Shown piece after piece: positions 19,960 to 32,921 of a DNA stretch of 64,000 nucleotides. The translations under genes and the position numbers were made by a program. The DNA is taken from assembly GCA_951406725.2 (NCBI GenBank), contig OX597830.1, forward strand, positions 28,706,001 to 28,770,000. The letters run 5' to 3'. How positions within the stretch are numbered: the first letter of the stretch is position 1; each line of letters opens with the position of its first letter. The stretch is from Octopus vulgaris (lineage: Eukaryota). Below the pieces are notes generated by a model, which saw only the letters and a list, made by a program, of their open reading frames with translations, was not told the DNA's origin and made no database searches.

Positions 19960-20915
19960 CAGGATCGTCACTCTCAACTGCCATAGAAATTTCTTCTTTA
20001 CTCCGCCTCTTTTTGAAATGCTTGTTGATGGGGTTTATATGATTTGAACAAGTAAGAAAATTAATTACCTTTATCCAAGTCAATTTCGTCCGAGAACATT
20101 TTTTGCCATAGGTACTAATCGGAGAAAAAACTAATTGGCATCTCTAACGAAAAGATTAGGGCTGTGCGATCAGTGCCATGTGTTCTGAGAGCATCCAGAT
20201 CGCTTCTAAACGCGAAAGCAGTTTTCCGTCATTATTTTTCTAGTCACAAGGCGGTATACTGGCAGAAACGTTAGCACGCTAGGCGAAAGGCGTAACCGTA
20301 TTTCATCTGCCGTTACGTTCTGAGTTCAAATTCTGCCGAGGTCAATTTTGCCTTTCATCCTTTCGGGATCGATAAATTAAGTACCAGTTACGCACTGGGG
20401 TCGATGTAATCGACTTAATCCGTTTGTCTATCCTTGTTTGTCCTCTCTGTATTTAGCCCCTTGTGGGTAGTAAAGAAATAGGTATTCCGTCTGTTTTTAC
20501 GCTCTGAGTTCAAATTCCGCCGAGGTTAACTTTGCCTTTCATCATTTCGATGTCGATAATTTAATTTGCGTACTGGGGTCGATCTAATCGAGTAGCGCCC
20601 TCCCCAAAGATTTCTGGCCGTGTGCCTAGAGTAGAATTATTTCTCTAGTCATTGATGCAGTACTGGTGAAAGTGAGTCTACGCATATCTTGGAGCGGCTC
20701 AGTTGAGGACACTGAAGTGTCCGTAGAGTTTTCCTTTAAATGACAACGGCACTCTGTAGCACTGCAAGACCAAGTGTTTTCTAAGCTCTAATTAGTCTTC
20801 AGTAGAATACATCATACTTGTATTCTGGTAAAGGAACCATTCAGATGTTCCCCGTTGAGGACCCCAAATTTTCCTACTCCTTAGTATTGGGCCCTCGTCG
20901 ATGAATATTGTAACT
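19960..20915 (-). pseudogene. Possible Tc1/mariner transposase fossil interrupted by a SINE
   Basis: Minus-strand fragments IFIDEG, KIWGP and SHSPNL ~ SPDLNP in the expected order; very degenerate. Confidence 0.3.
20247..20635 (+). mobile_element. Dimeric/nested SINE family B (two Nin/Deu-like domains) with 16-bp target site duplication
   Basis: TCTGAGTTCAAATTC(T/C)GCCGAGGT...TTTGCCTTTCATC occurs twice. TSD ATTATTTTTCTAGTCA (20231-20246) / ATTATTTCTCTAGTCA (20636-20651). Confidence 0.85.
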
Positions 20916-21624
20916 TATTAGATTATTTATTCTCTAAAATTTCTTAATCTTCTTAGTTCAATGTGTCTCCGATCCTATTGTTCAATTACCGAAACGCGTT
21001 GTAACATTGCCAATGCCTGATGTTCAACCACGTATCGTTTTATGCTGGACTGCAGCTTAGTTAAAGGGACGGTATTCAAATATATTTATTCACCAACGGA
21101 GAGCTTAAGAATGAAAGAAACAGAGAAATGTTCTATAAAACAAATAAATCTATATGACAAAAGAAAAACTAAATCACGTAACAAACAGTGGGAAGATTTA
21201 AAAAGCGGAAAACACAACAGAATCAAAGATAAGTAACTGGTTGTTATCTGGTGTATAGAAACTCCGGAACTTTGCATAAAACACCTGTATATATCTCCTA
21301 CTAAAATATAACCAACCGGTTTAATAATGCAATAATGAGTCCATCCTAAATATCAAATGGCTGATGTAAGAAAGCCAACCCTGTTACCAAAACCTATACA
21401 TATGGATGGCTCTAAAAACGACATGCTCTCTACCTATATTTGTAACTGCTGCATTGCTATAATATCAGCATCATTTAAGATGTAACTGCATCGTGAGGGA
21501 GATGATATCCTACCTAAGAGGTTGGTGTGGTGCGTAATTGTTTCTTATGCCTGTAAAGAGCGATTTCAATCGAAAAGGATATTGGGAGACTGCATACTGA
21601 AATAAAAGAACTTGTGCACGTTTA

Positions 21625-21794
21625 CAGTTCTATATTTAAGAGCTGAGGAATTATGTACATTATTTACATTTGAAGTATATTTGTCCTCATCTTGTTTGTT
21701 GTTAACATAACGTTTCGGCTGATATACCCTCCAGCCTTCATCAGGTGTCTTGGGGAAATTTCGAACCCGGGTTCTCATTCCTAAGGTATTTCGA

Positions 21795-21855
<61 letters not shown>

Positions 21856-21933
21856 TTTCAGGTCACTGCTTGGAATCGAACTAGTAAACTTAGGGTTAGT
21901 AGTCCGCGCTCTTAACCACTACGCCATATGCCC
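21625..21933 (-). mobile_element. tRNA-headed SINE-like element: Pol III head + (TAA)n + hammerhead-containing tail
   Basis: Minus strand: GGGCATATGGCGTAGTGGTTAAGAGCGCG (A box) ... GTTCGATTCC (B box, 21872-21881), then (TAA)n, then the tail CATCGAAATACCTTAGGAATGAGAACCC...GACACCTGATGAAGGCTG...CAGCCGAAACGTT. Confidence 0.8.
21704..21749 (-). ncRNA. Minimal type I hammerhead motif, intact core
   Basis: GACAC-CTGATGA-A-GGCTG(GAGGGTATAT)CAGCC-GAAA-C-GTT-ATGTT; palindromic helix III ACGT. Confidence 0.75.
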
Positions 21934-21935
21934 GT

Positions 21936-21950
21936 GGACATATGATAATG

Positions 21951-22002
<52 letters not shown>

Positions 22003-22024
22003 CAACAACAATAATAATAATAAC

Positions 22025-22077
<53 letters not shown>

Positions 22078-22260
22078 TAATAATAATGATAATAATGATG
22101 CTGATGATAATAATAAAACTTCGAAGAATACCTTAGGAATAATAACCCAGGTTCGAAATTTCCCAAAGACACTTGATGACGGCTGAATCTTATATCAGCC
22201 AAAACGTTGTGTTAACAACAAACAAGATGATGCCAAATATACGTCAAATGTAAATAATGT
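21936..22260 (+). mobile_element. Inverted second arm of the same element (head mostly deleted, HHR core mutated)
   Basis: Starts GGACATATG, then (TAA)n, then a tail homologous to the reverse complement of 21655-21795. Core reads TTGATGA...AAAA; helix I GACAC/GTGTT is intact. Confidence 0.8.
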
Positions 22261-22884
22261 AAATTGTGTACTTTTATTTCAACATTCAGCACTTGGATTC
22301 GCTATAGGAAATATATGGAATAACAGAATTGCATTCATCGACAGTAAATTGAATGGGATGAATATATTGTCAGCAATAATTAGAGGAGCCTTGAAAAGTA
22401 GCATAACAAATTGGAATTCAAATGCAGTGCAAAATCACGAAACTTTATGTAAATGTGGATATTCCGAGAATCAGTTTCGCTACAAACTTTTGGCCTTTCT
22501 CTTGATAAATTAAGTGCAGTCCTAAATTGTTAAGAGACTGGTTACAAAATCAGAGAGACGATGACCCTTAACTTCCCCTATATAGAAGACATGAAGTCAT
22601 AACCAAATCCGAGACGTAGTTTCAAAACATTCTAAGACTTTAAAATTTTATAGCCATGATATTAGAATAATGTTTTGACACGTACTCCAGGACAAGTTGT
22701 CTTAATCGTTAAACACTGATAAGGAAGTCAGCCAGACATTATAGGAATTAAGAACAGATGAGGTAGAATAAGGGTCCAACGAGCGAATTTATCCAAGTAT
22801 TTATCTACGGAGTATGACTGTTATAAATGGTGAACACAACTTGAAAAATACAAATAAAAGCAATTAATACGCTGCTAATTGTAA

Positions 22885-23085
22885 ATAATGATTTCATATT
22901 TTGGCACAAGTCCAGCATCTTCAGGGAAGTGGATAAGTCGATTTCATCGATTGTAATGTTCAACTGGTACTTATATTATCAGCCTCGAAATAAAAAAAGT
23001 GAAAGTCAAAATCGCCCTCAGTGGATTTGAACTCAGTATGTAAGGACGGACAAAATGCCGTTAATCATTTGGCCGGGTGGGTTAC
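22885..23085 (-). mobile_element. SINE family B, degenerate
   Basis: TTTTGGCACAAG...CAACTGGTACTTATATTATC...GGATTTGAACTCAG...GACGGACAAAATGCCG, the reverse of the family B body. Confidence 0.65.
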
Positions 23086-23216
23086 TACCTATTGCAAATA
23101 TTATAAGCTAGAATATACAAACAAAATAAATTAGAAAGACAAGTAAGAAATATATGGACTGATCAATTTCTAGTGCAGTTAAATTATATGTGTGTGTGTA
23201 TGTATTTATGTAGGCA

Positions 23217-23302
<86 letters not shown>

Positions 23303-23311
23303 TGTTTGTGC

Positions 23312-23585
23312 GGAGGGGCAATGACCCAGTGGTTAGGGCAGCAGACTCGCGGTTTCGATTCCCAGACTGTGAATGTTTATTGAGCGAAAACACCTAGCAG
23401 CACCACGAGGCTCCAGCAGGGGATGGTACTCTTTCGCCATAACTTTCTCTCACTCTTTCTTCTGTTGGCCTGCTCGCTTAGCAAGCGAGGTGGCGTCATT
23501 GAGAGCTGAAACAATGCGAAGTGCATTGTGACCAGCGATGTGTAGCCACATCTGATAGCCTGGTCGGTCTTGTGATCATGTGATA
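23312..23585 (+). mobile_element. SINE family C with an alternative 3' tail
   Basis: Head and body match 1071-1222; the tail after CTTTCTCTCACTCT differs. Confidence 0.7.
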
Positions 23586-23641
23586 TATGTATATATATAT
23601 ATATGTGTGTGAGTCTATGTGTGCGTATGTATATATATACG

Positions 23642-23714
<73 letters not shown>

Positions 23715-23731
23715 TATATATATATATGCAA

Positions 23732-23782
<51 letters not shown>

Positions 23783-23784
<2 letters not shown>

Positions 23785-24170
23785 CGCAGGAGTGGCTGCG
23801 TGGTAAGTAGGTTGCTTAGAAACCACTTGGTTCCGGATCCTGGTCAAGTTTCTTCAACATTAGCCTCGGTGCGATCAAAGCTTTGTCAGTGGATTCGGTA
23901 GAGGGAAACTGAAAAAATCCCGTCGTATATATATATATATGTATATGTTTGTGTGTCTTTGTTTTTCCCCCCACCCCATCATCACTTGGCAACTGATGTT
24001 GAAGTGTTTAGGTTCCCGAAAACTAAAGGTTAGGCAAAATGAGTTCTACAGAATAAATACCAGGCTTATAAAGAATAAGTTCTGGGATCCATTTGTTCGA
24101 CTAAATTTGGTGCTCCAGCATGGCCACAGTCACATGACTGAAACAAATAAAAGAATGAAAACATGAAAAG
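23783..24170 (+). mobile_element. SINE family A, near full length
   Basis: GGCGCAGGAGTGGCTGCGTGGTAAG head to GCTCCAGCATGGCCACAGTCACATGACTGAAACAAATAAAAGAATG tail. Confidence 0.85.
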
Positions 24171-24183
24171 AATAGTTATATAT

Positions 24184-24223
<40 letters not shown>

Positions 24224-24639
24224 ACATACACACACATATATATATATATATATCCCTCCGTAGGGGTGCTTCAATAACTGAAATTAAAAAATTAGAAGCT
24301 AAAATGATTCAACTACTAAAATTGGATGGGGCACTTGACTGCAACACGACTCTCTATTGCAAGAAATTGCAAGAACGAAGATAATTAAAGTTTGCACCTG
24401 ATGTGAAAGGAAACGCATCTTTTACTACAAAGATAAGTGCAAAATGCACAGATTCCTCAAACGCCACAAATTACTTCCGCCCAAAATGTGTTGCTAGGTA
24501 TTTAGCAAAAACGTGTTTGTGGCACAGCTGATGAGAACAATTAAGGTAAAGTTAAATGAGCGTATTGACCAGATTTCAGATGATGTTATACACCACTTGT
24601 CACATTGCACTTCCTGGTGTTGTACTAGCTTTCGAATGA

Positions 24640-24850
24640 TGCATTATGGCTAGGAAGGCCGGCAGAGTATTTTCTGAAAGAATGCCCGTCCGTCGCAAGG
24701 TGAACTGCAGCAACGAGAAATGAAGAACATAAAGAAGAAACGTAACAAAGTGAAAAAAAATATAGACGAAACTCAAGGCACAGCCATTCTGGGGATCGAA
24801 ACTGCGATTTTGTAATCGTGAATGCAACACACTAAACACTAGACCATGCT
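24640..24850 (-). mobile_element. CORE-like tRNA SINE, degenerate
   Basis: Reverse complement GCATGGTCTAGTGTTTAGTGTGTTGCATTCACGAT...GTTTCGATCCCCAG...GTGCCTTGAG, related to 430-689. Confidence 0.55.
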
Positions 24851-25254
24851 TCTTCCGGAATAAATTAAGCAATTAATAAAGAAAAAAAAAACAACGAAAT
24901 ATGAAAAAAGACAACGAAAGAAATGGTGGGTGTGTAAGACAATAAAAAACATTGTCCGGATTTCTGTTACCATTGACTCGTAAATGCTTTTGCGGAATCG
25001 ACTGTGTTGTGAGCATTCTGGTCGATGAAGCGGTGGCAGGTTAAACTCTTCCATTTTTTTTCTTTTTTTTTTTTCAGCAGACACGGTGTTCACGGAAACA
25101 GCATATTCTCTTCTGTTAGAGGAATAAAAGATAAAAAATATAAATAATGACACTGCAATGATATTAAGAAAAGAAGAAAAAAAAATATCTCGCGCTGCGA
25201 CAATATTCTAGGACATAAAATAGAATAGCAACTATAACTGGAACAATAAGAATA

Positions 25255-25635
25255 TCAACAACAACAACACCAACAATTGGGACAACAACTTAAACAACTG
25301 CACCAGCAACAACAACAAAAATAAACAATATGGAGAGTATTTCTAGTCTATATTTAGATTTTTTCGTCGTTATCATCCCCGTCCTCCTCCTCCTCCTCCT
25401 CCTCATCATCATCATCATCATCATCCTTATCGTCACCATCATCGTAGTAGTCGTTGAAGTAGTAGTATTCACCGTCATCATTACATTCATCATCATCATC
25501 ATCATCATCACAACCACCATCATCATCATCATTAGAACCAACACCCCCGAAGCACACAGCACAAACTCCACTAACGCCATGCTCATTACCATCATTACTA
25601 CCTCTCCCTACAACCACCACCAGAACTACCACTTC

Positions 25636-25669
<34 letters not shown>

Positions 25670-25928
25670 GTCATCATCGTCGCCATCGTAGTCGTTTTTG
25701 CATTCGGACGTATTAACTGAAATATTGCTTATTACGCAACACGATAACTATGCAATATGCAACAGTATATATATAATTATATGTAATATACGTAACATGG
25801 GCATGTAGATAGCATAGCGATCGGTAAACGACTCGATAATGATGATGACGCTGAGGATGAAGACGACGACGACGATGTGGTTGATGGTGATGAGGAAAGT
25901 AAAAATGATCATGATGATGACGAAAGTG

Positions 25929-25959
<31 letters not shown>

Positions 25960-26022
25960 CGACGACGACGATGATGATGATGATGATGATGATGATGTTG
26001 ATGATGATGATGATGATGGTGG

Positions 26023-26056
<34 letters not shown>

Positions 26057-26945
26057 AATGACGATGATGATGATGATGATGATGATGATAACGATGATGA
26101 TAATGTTGACGACGACCATGACGGCGATCACGACGATGTTGATGATAATGACGATGACGATGATGATGACGATGCTGCTGTAGCTGCTGCTAATGATGAT
26201 GACGATGATGCAGTTGACGATGATGATAACGACGCCAAATACGAACAGGGTGACGTTGACAACAGCGGTGGCGATGAAAATGATATTGATGATGATGATA
26301 ATGACGACAATGAAAATGATGATGCTGATGATGCCAGTTGTGATGATACCGATGGCGAGGGCGATGACGATGATGATGTTGACGTCGAGAGTAATGAGGA
26401 AGTTGGCAATGAGATCGACAACGATGCGGAAGAACAGGAGGGGGAGAAAGAGGGTGAGGAGAATCATCACCATCATCATCATCATCATCATCACCATCAT
26501 CATCAACAACAGCTTCAATGAAAACCATTGCAGTCATCTTTCGATTCTTTATAATCTTCCTCGTCATCCAACGACCACATCATACATTCACCTCAAAATA
26601 TTCATCGTGGCTGTTAATCTATTCCTCCCGCCCTTTCTCATACATTCCTCTTATCCTCTTCCTCCTCCTCCTCATCGTCATCCCCCTCTTCTTAATCATC
26701 ATTACAGCACTCCACGCAGAATTAATTCCGATTCGCTTCGTCTATCAACTCCTCCCACACCACCTCCTCCTCCTCCTACTTCTTTCTACTCCCCTCCCCC
26801 TTTGCCTCCTCTTCCTCCTCCACCTCCATCTCCACCTCCCTGTCATTATCACCGATGTCATTAGTATTGTGAAAGCTACTAGACTTCAAAGCAGTCGCCA
26901 CACCGCTGCCTCCACTGTCACTATCACCACAACCATTGTTGCAGC
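25255..26945. repeat. Large decayed trinucleotide complex: (CAA)n, (CAT)n, (GAT/GAC)n, (CAT)n, (CCT)n blocks
   Basis: Direct reading; generates the poly-D, poly-M, poly-H and poly-I ORFs. Confidence 0.9.
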
Positions 26946-27042
26946 TACATGTGTACCACAATGCTATCAGCATTAATGCAATGACACACCCACAGCACAC
27001 GTCTATGTATGTAATGCATGTGTCTTGTCTGCATATACATAC

Positions 27043-27099
<57 letters not shown>

Positions 27100-27476
27100 C
27101 ACACTCATATATATATATGTATATATTGTGTATGTATGAATACACATACACACAGAACTGTATGCGAGTAGTTATATCTAAGTATAGCAATCAACATACA
27201 TACCTTTCTATCGATATTGCACTGTTTCCTAATTTGTCACTCAATCTACAGATATACATATATAATACATACCCACAAACATGTGCATTTATTCACACAT
27301 ATGTATATGTATATATATATATACATATATAATTATGTACGTCTATGTTACATATTACCGACATTATCAATATGTATCATGTATCATTATGTATGAATGG
27401 AAATAAGCATAACTATTTATGTGCATATATATCAGCATATATATATATATATACTTTATATGTGTATGTATATAAT

Positions 27477-27542
<66 letters not shown>

Positions 27543-27589
27543 TATATATAAGCATGTACATATATGCGATACATTAAACAGCTATCTCT

Positions 27590-27629
<40 letters not shown>

Positions 27630-28304
27630 TATAGGTTTGTATGTAAGTATGTAGGCTTGCGTGTATGAGAAGGGGAGGGAGTAATGGAGGGAGGGAGTAA
27701 TAGAAGGAGGTAGGTAGGGAGAGAGGGACTGAGCGGGGAAGGGTGGTATGTAGTTAGGTACGTAAATTCTGCAATGCATGTATGTATGTATGAACGTTTC
27801 TATTCAGGAACGCCATGTACAAAAAAAAAATTAATAAAAGAAAAAAACAAGCAAACAAACAAACGGTTAAGAATCACAACAGACTGCATCATCCACACTA
27901 AAAACACTCACTAACCATCAGCAGCACCATCACTACCATCGGCATAGCTCATCACCATAACAGAAAATATAGCATTGACAGTTCTCTAAAATCTCACTCG
28001 TGGTCCTTGAAAAAAAAAAACCCAGCGAAACTGCCCTCAAAGCAGACAATACGGTTTTCGTAAAATAAACGAAATATCGGGAAATAGAGTTCTAAGTAAG
28101 AATAGCTGTGTAAAAAAAATGTAGTAACGAAAAATTGAAATGAGAGAGTGGAGTACGAAGGAAAAAACTAAAAAAAAAAAAAAAAGGTGTTATGGTCACC
28201 AATGTCTTGGTATTAATATTATGTCATTAAGATTAGAGCAATACTGAAGGGTAAAGAAGAGACGGTGACCACCTCATTAGAAACACACACACACACACAT
28301 ACTA

Positions 28305-28387
28305 ATACACTCACAAATTGAAACACTATCATATTCACACGTGATTACATATACCCATGTCTCCAGAATCAACAATGTGTGTGTATA

Positions 28388-28441
<54 letters not shown>

Positions 28442-28560
28442 ATGTATGTATAAACACATTCATTTATACACTCATACACTGAAGCTTTGCAATATATTCA
28501 CACGTGATTACATATACACATGTCTCAAGAATCAACAATGTGTGTGTGTATATATATATG
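28305..28560. repeat. Local direct duplication (offset 163 bp)
   Basis: ATATTCACACGTGATTACATATAC(C/A)CATGTCTC(C/A)AGAATCAACAATGTGTGTG at 28331 and 28494. Confidence 0.85.
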
Positions 28561-29988
28561 TTATATGTATATTTACACACACACACACGCGTACACACAC
28601 TCACACACACACACACAAACAGACACACACACATAGAGCATGTTATCTAAAGGCGTATATTTTTTGTTAACCATTAAATTGATACAAAGCTTCACTCTTA
28701 TGAAGAAATATTGCCACCTACGTTTCACAAAGTCACACAAACATTTAGACGTTTATTATCAAGCCATGCAGAGGTTTGATGTACAGCAAATGACAGCTAA
28801 ATCTTTCATAGTTCACACCTTACCATCTTAAAATTCTCAAAAACACCTGAAGGACGTTGCCAGGAGGACATTACAGTCTTGGAGACAGTAAGACTGAAAT
28901 AAAGAACTATACTAATATAGATGTTCTTTGTTTATAGATTTATAAATACTAATAGTATTATGGATGCTAATAGATAATTTGATGTTAATTAATAGCTGTA
29001 ATTCATAGGGAAATATTTCTTTTTCAAAATTAATTGCAATTAATTAATTAATAGCAATCGCACACCTGCTATTATACGTACGATAATAGGTCTGTGCTTG
29101 ATTATTAATAGGAACGTGTGTGTGTGTGTTTGTACGCGTGAATGCATGCGTGTGAGTGGGCATATATATGTGTATGCATATATATATATATATATATTTA
29201 TGTATATATATACGTATATATCCATATATAATTATACGTACAATATATCAATATGGCTATATATAGTATATACATATTTATACGTTTATAATATATATAA
29301 ATACTGTTCACATATGATGCATATATGTGTATATGTACGTACCTTTATAGTCATATCAGTGGCAGGTGTATATATATATATATATATATAAAACAAAAGC
29401 TACCCGTATATACACATGAATTAGTGTAGGTATGTAAGTATATATACACACATACATACATTCACACACGAACACACACACATACATAAATTCACACACG
29501 AACACACACACGTGCACATGCATGCACACACCCTCTCACGCACTGACACACACAGACATATATATAGACACACATATTCCAAATAAAAAAAATATACCTC
29601 GACCACTTCCATCCATCCATCCATCCATCCTCCTCTTCTCCTAAGCTATGGTTCCGACGACACATCCTCCTAACCCTCCGGTATCATCTCTATCTTTCCT
29701 TGTTCTTCTTTTCTATTTTTATTCTCTCGATTTCCTACTTTATCTGCAACACCTACAACAGATAACGCCTCCAGTAGCAGCCACCCGGTATCAAAGCAGA
29801 GATGTTAGTGCTACTGTCTCTCGCTACTACATGTTGCAATCACCTTAGGTAATGTTTAGCTAATGCTTGCCAATACTAACACCATTCTCTACTCACAGCC
29901 TGGCGACGAAAGAGGAGAGAGAAAAAATAACAATAAACGAGAGAGAGAGCGAGAGAGAGAGAGAGAGTGTGTGTATGTATGCACATAC

Positions 29989-30041
<53 letters not shown>

Positions 30042-30677
30042 TGCATATATATATATACCTATATACATATATGTATATATATATATATATTCATATATAT
30101 ATACATATACATACATGTATATGAATATATGTATATATATTCATATATATATATACATGTATATGAATATATGTATATATGTCGATATGCCTATGCATAT
30201 ATAATGTGCATAAAACTTGTCAACATTCTTCAAATGTACTCCGTTTTTCTTTTTTTGTTGTTGGGTGGGGCATCATACAAATTTATATCTACAAGCATAA
30301 CTGCTCTCACTCGTCCACTCACCATTTTCTCTGCTTCAAACTATCATAATCAGATTTTTACCTATATGCCTACCTGCCTATTTAAATATTTAATCATATC
30401 TCTATCTCACTTCCTCTCTTTGTCTGTCATTATACCACACACACACACATACACACACACATACAAACACATACACACGTACACAAATATGCTCACGGAC
30501 AGACGCACAGCTGTATAGATATACGTATATATCTCTGCATAGTCACACATACATATGTATTATCTACATATATAAATGCATAATGGTGTTATGTTGTATA
30601 TAGCTTTAATTTTTCGGCCAACCAGTAACTTATGTAATAATCATTGTAATTATGTACACAACATACATTATTCTCTT

Positions 30678-30739
<62 letters not shown>

Positions 30740-30744
30740 AATCA

Positions 30745-30790
<46 letters not shown>

Positions 30791-30856
30791 TTATCTATCC
30801 ATCTATCTATCTATCTATATATCTATCTATCTATCCATCTATCTATCTATCTATCT
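30678..30856. repeat. (TATC)n microsatellite
   Basis: Direct reading. Confidence 0.95.
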
Positions 30857-30993
30857 CTCTGGCTGTCTGTCTGTCTGCCTGCCTATGTATAAATATATTT
30901 GCACATATATGTCTACATAGTATCGCTATATTTGCATGCATATATATATAATATTACATATCTGCATGGCATTGTATTGTTAGGGTGTTTAGA

Positions 30994-31026
<33 letters not shown>

Positions 31027-31028
31027 CA

Positions 31029-31062
<34 letters not shown>

Positions 31063-31569
31063 GAGTAGTAGTAGTAGTATATAGATAGAGAGAGAGAGAG
31101 AAAGAGAGAGAGAGCTGTGTGTATAGTGATCCACACACACACATATATATATATATACATATATACGATTATGTAGAATTAATATATATATACATATGTA
31201 TATGTGAATGTGTGTGTGTCTCAGTCTGTATGTGGATGAGAGTGGGGGGGGATGCGACAACCATACAAGCAACAAGGTAGATTGACTAGCTGAGATTCGT
31301 GACATCCTAATTCATACTTAAAGATCTGTTAAATGCAATTAATTAAAAAAAAAAATAATAATATACACACCATTGTTTTCAGAAGGAACAAATAAAAATG
31401 AAGCAGTAAAATCTAATAGAATACTGTTTATAACTTAGAAACAACATAAAATGGCACAAGCAAAATCTCTGTCTGTTTCTGATTTTTAGAGAAAAAAAAA
31501 ACAAGGAGAGTTTGCAGGAATTCTGCAGATAAAAAGTGAAACCGCTTCTTAGATCAATCTCTTCGTGTG

Positions 31570-31630
<61 letters not shown>

Positions 31631-31659
31631 GTATGTATGTATATATGTATATGCTCTTT

Positions 31660-32012
31660 TATTCTTTTACATGTTTCAGTCACTTGACTGGGGCCATGTT
31701 GGACCATCGCCTTTTATTAGATAAGTCGACCTGTGGACTTGTTCTTTTTAAGCCTGGTACTTATTCTATCGGTTTCCCCTGCCGATCCGCTAAGTTACGG
31801 GGACAAAAACACACCAACACGCGGTTGCGGGCCTTACACAGGCACAAAGACACACGGATAAATATATACCTATATATATATATATACGACGGGCTGCTAT
31901 ATATATAGCCTGAGGCTACAACAAACACTTGCCCAATGTGCCACGCAGTTCGGACTGGACCCGGAAGCATATTGTTGGGGAGCAAGCTTCTTACCACATA
32001 GTCACACCTGCG
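31660..32012 (-). mobile_element. SINE family A with an internal deletion in the head
   Basis: Tail CTTTTACATGTTTCAGTCACTTGACTG... and head ...CTTACCACATAGTCACACCTGCG match 46183-46579. Confidence 0.8.
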
Positions 32013-32497
32013 ATTATTACATATGTATACACACATAATATGCATCTGTGTTTGTATGTATATCTAAATATGTACATCTCTCTCTATATACATGTGTCTG
32101 TTTATATCAATATGATGAGAGTGGAGGTGAGAATAATAAGTATGCATATATGAAAAAACTATTGAAATTTCCCTCTGTATATTATGGTAATTAGAACGTT
32201 GTCATTACCAAACTATCCAACAAATCAACAACTATGTTCTTCGAATGTTTTGTGAGGTAGATATTTCGAAATATAAAATGTGATCCACATCAATACAAAT
32301 ATATACGATCAATTTGTCTTCCCTGGAACGATACACCTTATGACATATTTTCTTTTCATTAATCAAATGGTGTTTTTTTGCATAAGACAATTAAATTATT
32401 GCACAGGGGTTCCTCGAGCCAGTGGAATGTTTCTTTTGGGTTCCACTCCAGCAAAAAGGTTGAAAAGTACTGCCTTATGTAATTATGCATGTATGTT

Positions 32498-32560
<63 letters not shown>

Positions 32561-32802
32561 AATATATGTGATTGTTTGACAAATCCTAGGTCAATATGTC
32601 ACAAGCATATATATTTATATAATTAAGTATATGTGAGTGTTTTCTTGACTCGAGGCAGCAGCAGGTCACAGGCTCGACCAAAGTAAATTATCGTTAATTT
32701 CTAAAATGGCATTGTGTCCTATCTTGTATTCGTTCATATTTACATATGAATGCATGCACACAGATGCACCCCCCAGATACATGCACTCATACACACATGC
32801 GT

Positions 32803-32833
<31 letters not shown>

Positions 32834-32921
32834 CATATAATAGGAAAATGGAGTGTTTAAACTGACGTTAATTTATTGACATAATATTATATAGACATTA
32901 TAATGTAAAATTAAATAGATT

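Larger units (their letters stand above)
21100..22850 (+). pseudogene. Degenerate R4/Dong-like reverse transcriptase fossil, split by a SINE/HHR palindrome
   Basis: Ordered peptides KISNW, PTLLPK, SYACKERFQSKRILGDC..KNLC (before 21623), then TWIRYRK, TGYKI, LNFPYIEDMK ~ YMDDLK, FYSHDIRIMF ~ FSSDIGMEF and KYL (after 22276). Confidence 0.65.

Noticed and set aside
21858-21933. tRNA gene
   Set aside because: A and B boxes are present, but the acceptor stem does not close and the sequence continues into a repeated tail; it is a SINE head.
28194-28270. miR-8-like sequence CAATACTGAAGGGTAAAGA inside a GGTCACC/GGTGACC hairpin
   Set aside because: Several mismatches to the mature miRNA as I recall it, and the opposite arm does not pair as a pre-miRNA.
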